From NCBI GenBank assembly GCA_000146465.1, contig CP001945.1: DNA of 64,000 nucleotides. One strand, given 5' to 3'. Positions 38,329-48,599 of this stretch are shown here, in pieces. The position numbers were made by a program, and so were the translations under genes. Position 1 is the first letter of the stretch. Every line of letters starts with the position of its first letter. Under the pieces are notes generated by a model. It did not search any database. It saw only the letters and a program-made list of their open reading frames with translations, and was not told the origin of the DNA.

Positions 38329-40002
38329 ATGCCAACGCTTATAGTAAAGAAGAAAAAAGTCCAGGAACTTCTTCAGAGGGAATTTGACGACCACTGGTTT
38401 GAAAGGACTCTGTTTGACTTTGGGCTGGAGTTGGACGACACTGTGGAAGAAGAAGGAGAATGCATGTACAGGATAGACATCCCAGCCAATAGATATGACC
38501 TTCTTTGCACCGAGGGACTTTGCTATGCATTAAGGGTATTTCTCTCTATGGAAGAGTACGAGGACATAGAAATCGAAGAAGGAAGAGTCTCGGTTTACAA
38601 GTCTGGAGGAAGAGAAAGGCCCTGTGTTGCCTGTGCAATTGTCAGGGGAGTGGACTTCCGGTCGGAGGAAACCTACAGGAGCTTCATCGACTACCAAGAT
38701 AAACTCCATCTAACGATTGGAAGGAACAGAACATTAGTATCAATGGGGACACACGACCTAGACAAGATCCAAGCACCTATTTTTTATAGGAGTGAGACTC
38801 CTGATCGGATTGTGTTCAAGCCTTTGAGCGCAGATAGGAGGATGAGTGCACAGGAACTGAGTTCATACTTTGCTCCAGGGAGTAAGATTGGAAAGTATAT
38901 GAAGCTTATTGAGAAGAATGAAAAGTATCCCTACTTTGAAGATTCCAAGGGAACTGTTTTGTCGTTACCTCCAGTAATAAATTCCGATGCAACAAAGATA
39001 GACCTTGAGACAAAGAACGTGTTTATCGATGTGACAGGAACAGACTTCCACAGAGTCAACACGGCATTGAAACTAATATTGGGATGCTTTCGAGGAAAGA
39101 GGATAGAAAGTGTTGAGATTTTGGATGGAGACGAAAGGATAAGAACACCCATTATGCACAATCACTTGTACACGCTGGAGCTGGATGAGATCAATAGGAG
39201 GCTAGGCTTGGATCTTTCTCTGGAAGTTGCAAAGACTTACATGGAAAGAATGATGCATAAGGCAAGCATTGTTGATGGAAAAACCCTTCAGGTTAAGGTG
39301 CATGATATCAGATCGGACGTTATCCATAAATGTGACTTGATTGAGGACGTAGCTATTGCCCATGGATTCAATAACTTCAAAAGAGAGTTGCCCTTGATCT
39401 CAACTATTGGATCAGAGGATCCTTTGAACAGATTCTCGGACAAACTCCGAATGGAGCTCTCCATCATGGGATTTGATGAGGCTCTGACTCTGACACTATT
39501 ATCCCGGCAGGAGAATATAATTGACGGAGATCTGGCCGTTGTCCTCATGAACCCAAAGTCCATAGGATATGAGGTCTGTAGAACGTCTCTTATTCCAGGC
39601 CTGATGAAGACAGTGGCTTCGAATCTGCACGTGAAAATTCCCTTCAAGCTGTTTGAAGTCTCGGATGTTGTTCTTTTGGATAAAGAAAACCAGAGTGGAG
39701 CAAGAAACTCAAGAAGACTGGCGGCCCTATACTGTGGGCATTCGCCATGTCTTGAAGAGGTCCAGGGCTCTTTATCTCTTCTTCTGGAGAAGTGCGGAGT
39801 TCAGCCGTCGTATACTCCCCACGACGATCCTATAAGGTATCTCAAGAACCAGGGTGCATTTGTAGTTGTAGAGGGCATTCCCATTGGATCGATAGGCGTG
39901 TGCAACCCAGAAATATGCAGAGCTTTCAAGGTTCCGTATGCAGCATCGTTCTTTGAGATAGATGCCGAGAAACTGTTTTCTGTCTACAAAGATATGAATT
40001 AA
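38329..40002 (+). CDS. Phenylalanyl-tRNA synthetase beta subunit (cytoplasmic type)
   Basis: MPTLIVKKKKVQELLQREFDDHWFERTLFDFGLELDD matches the eukaryotic PheRS-beta N-terminus. B3/4 and B5 regions are co-linear. The track start is TTG; ATG at 38329 gives the canonical MPT start. Confidence 0.85.
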   Translation: MPTLIVKKKKVQELLQREFDDHWFERTLFDFGLELDDTVEEEGECMYRIDIPANRYDLLCTEGLCYALRVFLSMEEYEDIEIEEGRVSVYKSGGRERPCVACAIVRGVDFRSEETYRSFIDYQDKLHLTIGRNRTLVSMGTHDLDKIQAPIFYRSETPDRIVFKPLSADRRMSAQELSSYFAPGSKIGKYMKLIEKNEKYPYFEDSKGTVLSLPPVINSDATKIDLETKNVFIDVTGTDFHRVNTALKLILGCFRGKRIESVEILDGDERIRTPIMHNHLYTLELDEINRRLGLDLSLEVAKTYMERMMHKASIVDGKTLQVKVHDIRSDVIHKCDLIEDVAIAHGFNNFKRELPLISTIGSEDPLNRFSDKLRMELSIMGFDEALTLTLLSRQENIIDGDLAVVLMNPKSIGYEVCRTSLIPGLMKTVASNLHVKIPFKLFEVSDVVLLDKENQSGARNSRRLAALYCGHSPCLEEVQGSLSLLLEKCGVQPSYTPHDDPIRYLKNQGAFVVVEGIPIGSIGVCNPEICRAFKVPYAASFFEIDAEKLFSVYKDMN

Positions 40003-40051
40003 AGGACTAAACAAATAAGGATGAAAGCTTCAGACTCTAATACTTTTAAAT

Positions 40052-42850
40052 TCAAACGTAAAGGGAATTCGCAAAGACTATGTCTCTTTTGATTTTCACT
40101 ATTCCCAGAGCAAACATGTTTTCCAGTTCTGTGTTGCCAATCACCCTGGCAGCACTACTCAACTGCCTGAGTAACTCTTCAAGTCTCTTGAAGGTTCTAA
40201 TGATGCTTCCTTCGAAAACACTTGTCTTGTTGCAGATGTTAATGAATGTATGTCCGCACACCCACATCCGGACAACATCCATCAGCTCATAGGAAAACTT
40301 CCGGAGATATGTGGTCGGATCCACGTCTATCGAGCATGACTTCAAGACCTTGCAGACCTTCTCAACAGAGTCCGACAGAAGCTTGTAGTACAACTTGTTT
40401 TCTTCGCTCAGAACAAAGTTGTCCGAATCCCATTCCTCAAACACAATGCACGAAAGAAGCGGAACAAAGTGCTCCACAGGAATCCCTGCAAAGTCTCCAT
40501 TGAATATCATTTCTGTCAGGACCAGCTCATCTCCTGAGGAAATCTCGCATGCCATTCGGCCCTTTATCAACACAGTAGTATCGTCACAATATTCAAGCTT
40601 CTTCAGAACCTTGATCATCTTCTTGCATTCTCTCATGTGGTAGATTTCTTTGAGACTATTGAGCTCCAGGAGCTTTTCAAGACATTGCTGCTTCATTATC
40701 TCGTTCAGGAAGTATGATCTTGCAGAGGACATCTCTTCTCCCATTTCTACATGCAAGTGTCCCGCCTTGGGGTTTTCTGCATGCCGTCTCCCGTTCTCCG
40801 GTACCTGGACCATGACTGCATCATCCCCAATCACGTCTTTGCTGCACAAAGAAAGACACTCCATCGAAGTCTTTCCGCAGACTATACAGACATCGAAGCT
40901 CCATCCTGGATTTGCCGATATTATCTCTGTTTCTATCCTGTTTATCTCTTCATCCAGTTCGTCCTCAACGGGAATTTTCCCAAAGCTCCGGGTAAATACC
41001 CGCATGTCTAACTTTACTCTGCTGTCATATACATTGTCGACGCAATCCAAGGGAAAGCTGCACATGTACACACCTTTGTTAGTCCCAACCATGCAAAGAA
41101 TCTTCTCCTTTACCTTGCTAACTATTGCATTTCGAATCGTAATCGAAGGACCATTTCTCTGCACAAATAAGTCAATCACTCTTCCCTTCTTCAAGTGCCC
41201 GTTAAACTTATCAACTAGCCTTTTGTTTCTTTCGATTTTCTTCTCCTCCCTTCTCTTGTATAGGTCCACAATTCGGTTGGGCGAAAGGTCTTCCAGACGA
41301 TTATGCATTATATGCAGAGTCTCCTCCTCTGCAAGGGCCTTCTTATATGACTGGAAATGATAGAAACTTCTACTAATGAGGTACAGAGGATCTAGGCCCT
41401 CCACCCTCATCAGATTCAAAAGCATGTTGTACGTCAGTCTAAATGCACTCACAAGATTGTCCGAGGATGTGGAAAAAAGCTTGTTAACCTCCTTGTAGGT
41501 GATTGGTTCTGAGATAATGCTTATGACAATTCCCATGCTGTCTATTCCTCTTCGTCCAGCTCTTCCGCTCATTTGTGTGTATTCTCCTGGGCTCACGAGC
41601 CTCATGCTTTCCCCATCAAACTTCTTCAGCGCAGTAAACACCACCGACTTCGCGGGCATGTTGAGCCCAATAGAAAACGTCTCCGTTGCAAACAGTACCT
41701 TGAGCAGCCCTTCTTGAAACAGTATCTCGACAACCTCTTTGATAATAGGCAAGAGTCCAGAGTGGTGAATCCCAATCCCTCTCATAAGAAGAGGAAGAAT
41801 GTTTTGGATAATCGGAATTTCCCTATCCTCCTTGCGGAGAGACATTATGGCATTGGTAAAGATCGTTTCAACCATCTCGGCCTCGGAGTCTTTCAGATAA
41901 CTCTTGTCCAGCTTCATTGCAAACCGCTCGCAGTCCTTTCTCCTGAAGGAAAACACAACAACAGGAAGAGATGCATCACTAATCGCCTCTCCCACCTCCT
42001 TAGGCCCGATGTTCCTCTTCTGGATTGACCGCATTGCGGACAAAAAATTCGACTTGTGGAACTTTGCATCCTTGATCTTGTACAGCTTGTTGCTACGGAA
42101 GTAATGAACCAATGGCGTCACTCTTTTCTCTGTATATACAACATGAACAACCTGGCTTTGGATATGGCATATCCACTCTGCAAACTCCAGTGCATTTGGA
42201 ATGGTTGCACTCAGAAATACCATCCGAACATGTCTTGGAAGTAGTATTATAGTCTCTTCCCACACCACTCCTCTTTCTTTATCTCTCATGTAGTGGATTT
42301 CGTCAAAGATGATCCAGTGAATCTCACGGACAACTTCTCCTCCCTTGTAGAGCATGTTCCGGAGAATCTCCGTTGTCATCACAAGGCAAGTTGCTGTGGG
42401 GTTGATGGTAACATCCCCTGTCATCAGCCCCACATCTCCAAACTCCGAAAGAAGCTCTCTGTACTTCTGGTTCGACAGCGCCTTGATCGGAGATGTATAC
42501 ACAACTCTCTGGCTGTTTTTCAGAGACATTGCAATTGCATACTCGGCAACAACTGTCTTTCCAGAGCTTGTATGGGCACTTACAAGAACACTCTCATCTC
42601 TCTCAAGACTACAGACAGAAATCTTCTGGAAGTCATCCAGCTCGAACAAGTAGTCCTTTGCAATCGGCTTGCCAAACTCTCTTGGGAGAGGCACGTAGTC
42701 TACTCCAGCCGGAATGACTGCCTCGTGGCGAGTTCCATTCCGGTCTATTTGGTCGACCACGGCCGTTCTCCTCTCCAACCTCTCGGGAATAGTAATATCC
42801 TGCGGAGTCGTATTGTCCTCGAGGACATCGAAGTATTTGTCATCGATCAT
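40052..42850 (-). CDS. Ski2-like RNA helicase (Mtr4/Ski2 family, DSHCT C-terminus)
   Basis: FELDDFQKISV, TSSGKTVVAEY (motif I), DEIH (motif II), SAT, HHSGLLP..KE..E.LFQEGL, and a C-terminal DSHCT-like region. 932 aa suggests a Mtr4-type protein with a reduced arch domain. Confidence 0.85.
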   Translation of the reverse strand: MIDDKYFDVLEDNTTPQDITIPERLERRTAVVDQIDRNGTRHEAVIPAGVDYVPLPREFGKPIAKDYLFELDDFQKISVCSLERDESVLVSAHTSSGKTVVAEYAIAMSLKNSQRVVYTSPIKALSNQKYRELLSEFGDVGLMTGDVTINPTATCLVMTTEILRNMLYKGGEVVREIHWIIFDEIHYMRDKERGVVWEETIILLPRHVRMVFLSATIPNALEFAEWICHIQSQVVHVVYTEKRVTPLVHYFRSNKLYKIKDAKFHKSNFLSAMRSIQKRNIGPKEVGEAISDASLPVVVFSFRRKDCERFAMKLDKSYLKDSEAEMVETIFTNAIMSLRKEDREIPIIQNILPLLMRGIGIHHSGLLPIIKEVVEILFQEGLLKVLFATETFSIGLNMPAKSVVFTALKKFDGESMRLVSPGEYTQMSGRAGRRGIDSMGIVISIISEPITYKEVNKLFSTSSDNLVSAFRLTYNMLLNLMRVEGLDPLYLISRSFYHFQSYKKALAEEETLHIMHNRLEDLSPNRIVDLYKRREEKKIERNKRLVDKFNGHLKKGRVIDLFVQRNGPSITIRNAIVSKVKEKILCMVGTNKGVYMCSFPLDCVDNVYDSRVKLDMRVFTRSFGKIPVEDELDEEINRIETEIISANPGWSFDVCIVCGKTSMECLSLCSKDVIGDDAVMVQVPENGRRHAENPKAGHLHVEMGEEMSSARSYFLNEIMKQQCLEKLLELNSLKEIYHMRECKKMIKVLKKLEYCDDTTVLIKGRMACEISSGDELVLTEMIFNGDFAGIPVEHFVPLLSCIVFEEWDSDNFVLSEENKLYYKLLSDSVEKVCKVLKSCSIDVDPTTYLRKFSYELMDVVRMWVCGHTFINICNKTSVFEGSIIRTFKRLEELLRQLSSAARVIGNTELENMFALGIVKIKRDIVFANSLYV

Positions 42851-42915
42851 TTAGGGTGGTTGGGCGATAAGTATTAGAACTGTTGGCCGAAATCTGTTTG
42901 CAGCCACCGGCAAAA

Positions 42916-42998
42916 TGGGACCTGGGGGATTCGAACCCCCGAACGTTACCGTATTCGATCTTGAGTCGAACGCCTTAGACCACTCGGCCAAAGTCCCT
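42916..42998 (-). tRNA. tRNA-Leu (anticodon CAA), intron-less, long variable arm
   Basis: Reverse-strand sequence GGGACTTTGGCCGAGTGGTCTAAGGCGTTCGACTCAAGATCGAATACGGTAACGTTCGGGGGTTCGAATCCCCCAGGTCCCA. Seven-bp acceptor stem with one G-U pair. A-box TGGCCGAGTGG, B-box GGTTCGAATCC. TTTT terminator lies directly 3' of the tRNA. Confidence 0.85.
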
Positions 42999-43089
42999 CA
43001 GGTCGGATTCAGGACATGCCGAAAGCACTCCGGAAGACAGTACACAGCCATCCAGGTTCTTTAAATAAGTCTTAATAAAGGCCCTTTGG

Positions 43090-44028
43090 ATGGATGACAT
43101 TGATCTGCATTATTCCATGAGGTACATAATAAACTACAGAAATGTATCTGTTATGATGTTATGCCATCTATTATGCCTGCTGAAACAACATCTGAAGATG
43201 ACACTAACCTATCCAGACATTCCGGTTATTATAACGGACGAAGTTGCCCAGTACTATCGCTCCCGAGACCCAAGAATAATTCAAGAATTTAGGGAAAGCA
43301 CATACGTTGCAAGGAAAAACATCGAGAAGCTTATTCTAAGGGTGAGCAGATGGATAGTAATGTGCGAGGAACAATTCGATTACTTCCAAGGCTACGACCA
43401 CTTTGAGTCGAACGTGTGCAGCGATTTCGACAAGCTTCTTGAGGATTACTTTAAAAATAAAAGCTCTGAAGAGAATAAAAAAAGATGGGATGACCTACAA
43501 GAATTTGTTGAAATTTGTAGTTACAGATACCTAAATTACGACAGCCAGAAGGCTAACTGGCTTGCAGGGATAAGTAAAACAATTTCAAAGTGCGATGAGC
43601 TTAATACACTCCTGAACGCAAAGCTGTGTTTTGTGCCGAAGGAGGCTCTAGACAGCGAAGACTATGTGATGGGGATTATCCAGTCCGAGATGCAAAACCA
43701 CCCATGGACACCCACTCACTACCTGGAGGAAGCGAAGCACAGGTATGTGATCGTCACACTAATGAATCTTCTGCACATGGTGGCAGAAGTAAAGAACAAA
43801 GAGAATTCCTTCTGGATACTCGAAAAGGAGTTAAAAAACAGAATGCCAGGCTTGAAGAAAGAGGAAAGACTTCTGGATGTTTCTTATCAAAGCGGAACAG
43901 AAGAAAAAAAGCCGGCTGTTGGGATTTTCAAGAAGTGTATCATTTTAGTTAAGGATGCTAGACTATCAAGCGTGGTAGTGATTGTTGGAATTGGTATGGC
44001 AATAGGTATTATTAAATTCCTGAATTGA
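43090..44028 (+). CDS. Hypothetical tail-anchored membrane protein
   Basis: 312-aa ATG ORF with a single C-terminal TM helix (SSVVVIVGIGMAIGIIKFL). No family assigned; no clear SNARE heptad. Confidence 0.4.
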   Translation: MDDIDLHYSMRYIINYRNVSVMMLCHLLCLLKQHLKMTLTYPDIPVIITDEVAQYYRSRDPRIIQEFRESTYVARKNIEKLILRVSRWIVMCEEQFDYFQGYDHFESNVCSDFDKLLEDYFKNKSSEENKKRWDDLQEFVEICSYRYLNYDSQKANWLAGISKTISKCDELNTLLNAKLCFVPKEALDSEDYVMGIIQSEMQNHPWTPTHYLEEAKHRYVIVTLMNLLHMVAEVKNKENSFWILEKELKNRMPGLKKEERLLDVSYQSGTEEKKPAVGIFKKCIILVKDARLSSVVVIVGIGMAIGIIKFLN

Positions 44029-44086
44029 TCATCATGATTATTCTTCTTGGCCTCGGATCTGTTCCAAAGATCTTGATTTCGATATT

Positions 44087-44395
44087 TCATTGTTCTTGGG
44101 ACTTCTTGATATGCAAGAGTCGGCATACTTCTTGGGAGTCAGCCTGAGCAATGATGTGGTCCCAGCTGGATCCGAGACATTTATATGCATAGTAGAAATA
44201 CTCTGCAGACAGCTCGTACTCTTTTGCCCTGGCGTGTTTTCTGGCTTCGTCAATCATTCGGGCAGCCAGCTCGTCGGCATGGCCTGTTATTTTCATAAGA
44301 TACTCCTCATCATTCTTCATTGCTTCTTCAGCTCTTCTGTAAAGCTTATAAGCAACACATCCTGTTATAACAATCTTAACCATTGTAGATAGCAT
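44087..44395 (-). CDS. Small N-terminally anchored protein, possibly Tom20-like
   Basis: 102 aa. N-terminal helix MLSTMVKIVITGCVAYKLY followed by basic residues, then the helical segment AEYFYYAYKCLGSSWDHIIAQ. The architecture resembles Tom20, but sequence similarity is weak. Confidence 0.3.
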   Translation of the reverse strand: MLSTMVKIVITGCVAYKLYRRAEEAMKNDEEYLMKITGHADELAARMIDEARKHARAKEYELSAEYFYYAYKCLGSSWDHIIAQADSQEVCRLLHIKKSQEQ

Positions 44396-44444
44396 GAAGA
44401 TTGGCAGAGGATTTTAGGTTAAAAAAAATATTTCCAAATACATC

Positions 44445-47400
44445 ATGGGACTGGAGAGAGTTGAAGTAGAGAACTTCAAGTCGTATGCGGGATTTCATAT
44501 TATTGGGCCTTTTGATAGGTTCACTTGCATTGTCGGGCCAAATGGATCGGGGAAGAGCAATATAATGGATGCTGTGACATTTTGCCTTGGGATTGGATCC
44601 AAGCACCTCCGAGCTAACAATATTAGGAGCCTGATCAACGGTGGATCCAGCCATGCCAGTGTGGCACTTCACATCGAAGGGTCTGGAGAGAGGAGAGTCT
44701 TTAAGAGGAGGATTAGTAGTGAAGGGCGAAGCCAGTACTTTGTGGATTCTGAGAGTGTTGGGTATGAGAGGTTCAGAGAGGTTGTTGAGGGGATGAATCT
44801 GCTGGTTGATGCCCGAAACTTCCTGGTGTTCCAAGGGGATGTCAATGCGATAGGAAACATGATGCCGATGGAGCTTACAAGGGTATTTGAAGAAGCAAGT
44901 GGAAGCCTGAAGCTTAAGGAGGCTTATGAGGAGAAGCAGAGGGCACAGGCAAAGGCTGTGAGTGAATGTGCGTCGCTGTTTGAGGAGAAGAAAGAGGTGA
45001 TGAGCCGGATGAAGGAGGCTGAAGAGGTTCGAGAGCAAGAAGGAGAGTTTCGAAAGCTAGTGGAGAGGAAGCATAAGGTGCAGAGAGATATAGTGCTGTA
45101 TGAACTTATGGAGAAGAGGAATAAGAAGAAAGACATAAGCAATGAAATGTTGAGTCTTGGGCAGGAAAGTAGAAAGATGGAGGAGTTGGTATGCAAAAAG
45201 GAGAAGGAGGTTGAAAAGCATAGAGGAAGGATAAGTGAGATCAGGAGAAGGTATTTTGAGGCCGATGCCCTAGTGTCGAAACAGAAGGAAGTGGTGGCGG
45301 AAAGAAGAGCATGGAAGTCCTTAGGGGAGTCAGAGAGGAGTAAGAGAAGAGTACGGATTGCGGAGATTGAAATGGAAATCAGGGCGGGACAGGAAATGAT
45401 GGGGGGAAAGAAGAGAGAGATTGAGAGGAGAAGGAGAGATCTGGCAGGAGTTGCCGAAGGGTATTCTGAGCTATGGAGGGAAGAGGAAGAAAGAAAAGAA
45501 CGGCTGAACGGAGTTAAGGAGAAAGAAGAGGAGATTGAAAAGAGAGAAAAGGAATTTCTTCGGATGTGTGGAGAGGAGAGGGAGAGATTGAATACTCTGG
45601 AGATGGAAGAATTTCCTCGGCAAATGATGAAAGATGATTGCATAAGGAAGATTGGCAACTTGAAGGAGAGAAGCGAAGAATTGGAAAGTATGATCAAGGA
45701 AAAGAAGATGATCCGGGGAAATACTGGAGTGAAGATAGATGCGCTTGAAAGATCTTCGGAAGAGTTGGGGAGGAAGATATTACATCACGAGGAAAAGTAC
45801 TCAAGGCTTATCTCTGAGGAGAAGGAAAAAAATGAGGAGCTTTCGTGGGTGCTTGGAGAGATTCTGCGCATCAAAGGGAAGAGAAGAATTGATGGACGGC
45901 ATTCTGTGATTGCAGGGGCTGTGGAGACTCTTAGGGAGATGTTTCCTGGGGTGTATGGAAGGGTTGTTGATCTGATTAAGCCCACCCGAGACAAATACGA
46001 GATTGCATTGTCGGTGCTTTTGGGAGGGCATGATCAATCTGTTGTTGTTGACACAGAGGTGACAGCGATGTCGTGTATCAACTTTATAAAGGAGAAGAAG
46101 CTGTGCAAGATGACGTTTGTTCCTCTGCACAGCATCCGAGACCAGGGAGATGGTAGAGATGTGGAGAATGCTGTGGAGAAGTATGGAGAAGGGGTAAGAA
46201 GAGCATCGGATGCGGTTAAATACGATGGGAAGTATAAGAAGATAGTATCTTTTCTATTTCGAGAAAAGCTAATAGCAGATAGCATGGAGATAGCCAAGGA
46301 TATTTGCTATGGAAGAAAAATCAAGGTGAGTGTGTGTACGTTGGATGGGATCTACATATACGGAGGAGGATATTTGATAAGCGGAGGAGGAGAAGGACGA
46401 AACAAGTTCCAGGAGGATGAGCTGGATGAACTAGTGAAGAAAAGGATGAGGATTTTAGACGAGCTTCGGCGAATCCAAGATGGCAAGAATGAGCTTTCTC
46501 ATGTTGAGATATGTAGAGAAAGAATGGAGGTTTGGAAAAAGAGCAAGGAGTTGGAAATGGAGACTTTGAGGGAGCTGGACTCGTGCATTGAGGATCTGGA
46601 GCTCCGGATTGGAGAAAATAAAAGGATGTTGGAAGAAACAGAGGAGTGTTTGAAACGAACAGAAGAGGAGATGGGGCAGTCTGAAGTTTATCTAAAGGAG
46701 CTTCGAAAGAAAATCGAAGAAGTGGAATCTTCTGTGTTTTGCGGAATATTTCCAAATGCCTACTTCGGAAGCTTTGAAGAGTACAAGAAGGCTCGGGAGA
46801 GTGAAGCTTTTGCACTGAAAAGTATGGAGTATGAGGGAATAAAGGCAAAGACTGAGCTTAGGATTGAGATGCTGGAACGGGAGGTAAGGGACCTAGAAGA
46901 GGAAACAGAAAGACTTCGAAGGGAAGTAGAAGGATTGAGTAAAGATCCCTGCCGCGATGAAATAGACATCGATGCATTGGATTCGGAGCTCATGATTCTT
47001 GAAGAGGGAAGAAGAAAAAATCTTGAGGCTTTTAAAAAGGCTCGGGACGAGTTTAAAGAGATCAATGAGGAGTTCAAAGAGTTGGTTGACCGTAGAAATG
47101 AACTTGATCAGCAGATAATCCACAGCACATCTGCTCGAGAGCGTCTTGAAGAAGAGATTAAGGACACCCTGAGCTTTGCAGTTCTCGAGGAGATTGATCT
47201 CCCTTGTGCAAAGAGGATGTCGATGGGGGAGATTTCTGTGGATGAGATAGACTTCTCTGGACTGGAAGGGAGTGTCTCGAAACTTCGAAAGGAGCTGGAG
47301 GAAATCAACCAAAAGATAAGCAGCCAGGCACCTGTGATAAGAATGGAGGAAAGAGATGGAGATAATGCTAGATACATGAGGATAAGCGCAGAATACGAAA

Positions 47401-47924
47401 AGCGAAAGGCAATGGCAATTGCTGCCAAGAATGAGTTCAACGAGGTGAAGAAAAGAAGAACACACTTGTTCATGGAGTGTTTTGAGAAGGTCAATAAGGA
47501 GATATCAAGGATATACAAGCTTCTTACAATGACCGAGACAGGTGAAGGAAATGCATACCTGGTCCTTGAAAACACAGCTGAACCCTTCAGAGAAGGCATT
47601 AGATTCCATCTGATGCCTCCAAACAAGAGATTTCGAGAAGTTAGACTGCTTTCAGGAGGAGAAAAGACTATGGCTGCTTTGTCCCTCCTCTTCTCTCTCC
47701 ATGCGTACAGGCCTGCTCCCTTCTATTTATTTGACGAGGTGGACTCTGCCTTGGACAAGGCTAATGTGTCGAAGATTGTGTCCTTCATAGTTTCGTGTAA
47801 CGCCCAGTTTATCCTCATCACCCTAAAGCCATCTCTATTCCAACATAGCGATGGCCTGGTTGGAGTGTACAAGGATCCTCGCGAAGGTGTGAGTAAGGTT
47901 CTTACCTATAGATTGGGAGACTGA
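44445..47924 (+). CDS. SMC1: Structural maintenance of chromosomes protein SMC1 (cohesin)
   Basis: Walker A GPNGSGKSNIMDAVTFCLG. Long coiled coils with central hinge. C-terminal signature LSGGEKTMAALSLLFSLHAYRPAPFYLFDEVDSALDKANV matches SMC1 ([36 protein letters not shown]). Confidence 0.85.
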   Translation: MGLERVEVENFKSYAGFHIIGPFDRFTCIVGPNGSGKSNIMDAVTFCLGIGSKHLRANNIRSLINGGSSHASVALHIEGSGERRVFKRRISSEGRSQYFVDSESVGYERFREVVEGMNLLVDARNFLVFQGDVNAIGNMMPMELTRVFEEASGSLKLKEAYEEKQRAQAKAVSECASLFEEKKEVMSRMKEAEEVREQEGEFRKLVERKHKVQRDIVLYELMEKRNKKKDISNEMLSLGQESRKMEELVCKKEKEVEKHRGRISEIRRRYFEADALVSKQKEVVAERRAWKSLGESERSKRRVRIAEIEMEIRAGQEMMGGKKREIERRRRDLAGVAEGYSELWREEEERKERLNGVKEKEEEIEKREKEFLRMCGEERERLNTLEMEEFPRQMMKDDCIRKIGNLKERSEELESMIKEKKMIRGNTGVKIDALERSSEELGRKILHHEEKYSRLISEEKEKNEELSWVLGEILRIKGKRRIDGRHSVIAGAVETLREMFPGVYGRVVDLIKPTRDKYEIALSVLLGGHDQSVVVDTEVTAMSCINFIKEKKLCKMTFVPLHSIRDQGDGRDVENAVEKYGEGVRRASDAVKYDGKYKKIVSFLFREKLIADSMEIAKDICYGRKIKVSVCTLDGIYIYGGGYLISGGGEGRNKFQEDELDELVKKRMRILDELRRIQDGKNELSHVEICRERMEVWKKSKELEMETLRELDSCIEDLELRIGENKRMLEETEECLKRTEEEMGQSEVYLKELRKKIEEVESSVFCGIFPNAYFGSFEEYKKARESEAFALKSMEYEGIKAKTELRIEMLEREVRDLEEETERLRREVEGLSKDPCRDEIDIDALDSELMILEEGRRKNLEAFKKARDEFKEINEEFKELVDRRNELDQQIIHSTSARERLEEEIKDTLSFAVLEEIDLPCAKRMSMGEISVDEIDFSGLEGSVSKLRKELEEINQKISSQAPVIRMEERDGDNARYMRISAEYEKRKAMAIAAKNEFNEVKKRRTHLFMECFEKVNKEISRIYKLLTMTETGEGNAYLVLENTAEPFREGIRFHLMPPNKRFREVRLLSGGEKTMAALSLLFSLHAYRPAPFYLFDEVDSALDKANVSKIVSFIVSCNAQFILITLKPSLFQHSDGLVGVYKDPREGVSKVLTYRLGD

Positions 47925-47992
47925 CAATTAAAACCTGCTTATGTGTTCACACAATTTACTCTTTATTGGGCTTTGAGATGCAATACCTTGCA

Positions 47993-48499
47993 TTACTTGG
48001 CAATCCCTAGCTTTCTCATCAATTCAAGCTCAAGCACCTCTTTTTTCTTTTGATGGAGACTGTTGCCGTCTCCAAGGCTTTTCCCCTTCTTCGCATTCAC
48101 TGTGCTGATCCGGGAAGCATCTTTAAAGATCTCCTCCCCATACCCGGGCTTGATGATGTTTGCCTCGGACTCAATACATATTCTCTCCACCTCACAATTC
48201 TTGCTCTCCTCGTTAACTCTTTCCCAATGCTCCTCACTTATCATCCTGTCCTCATACAACACTCCAAGAATCTCCATGTCCTTCTCTAACTTCATCACCC
48301 TTTCCTTGAAGCAGGCTGCTGCCTTGACAAGTTGTCTGAGAAGTACAGAAGAGGCTGCTCCCTCGGATTTTTGCAGAAAATACATCTCAAGCTCCATGTT
48401 TGGATTCTCTTCTGCCGGCATCTTCCTCTTGTTGATTCTTCTTACGAAGGAAAACGTCAGAATCATTGTCGACAGAATTATCCCAAGCAAGAGAATCAT
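47993..48499 (-). CDS. Hypothetical signal-anchored coiled-coil protein
   Basis: The track start is TTG. The first ATG (48613) would fall inside TAF13. ATG at 48499 gives MILLLGIILSTMILTFSFVRR (N-terminal TM) followed by a charged helical region. Confidence 0.35.
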   Translation of the reverse strand: MILLLGIILSTMILTFSFVRRINKRKMPAEENPNMELEMYFLQKSEGAASSVLLRQLVKAAACFKERVMKLEKDMEILGVLYEDRMISEEHWERVNEESKNCEVERICIESEANIIKPGYGEEIFKDASRISTVNAKKGKSLGDGNSLHQKKKEVLELELMRKLGIAK

Positions 48500-48599
48500 T
48501 TTAATGGGCTTTGAGGGACGCAATTTGTTTACCGCTTCAAAACAAAAAACAGAAAGTCTAGAATGATCTGTCTGGAAGTAATTTAATCTTGCGTATAAG

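Noticed and set aside
44924-47626. Minus-strand ORFs inside SMC1 (for example 44924-45697, 257 aa)
   Set aside because: Antisense to the SMC1 coiled-coil region; same low-complexity artefact.
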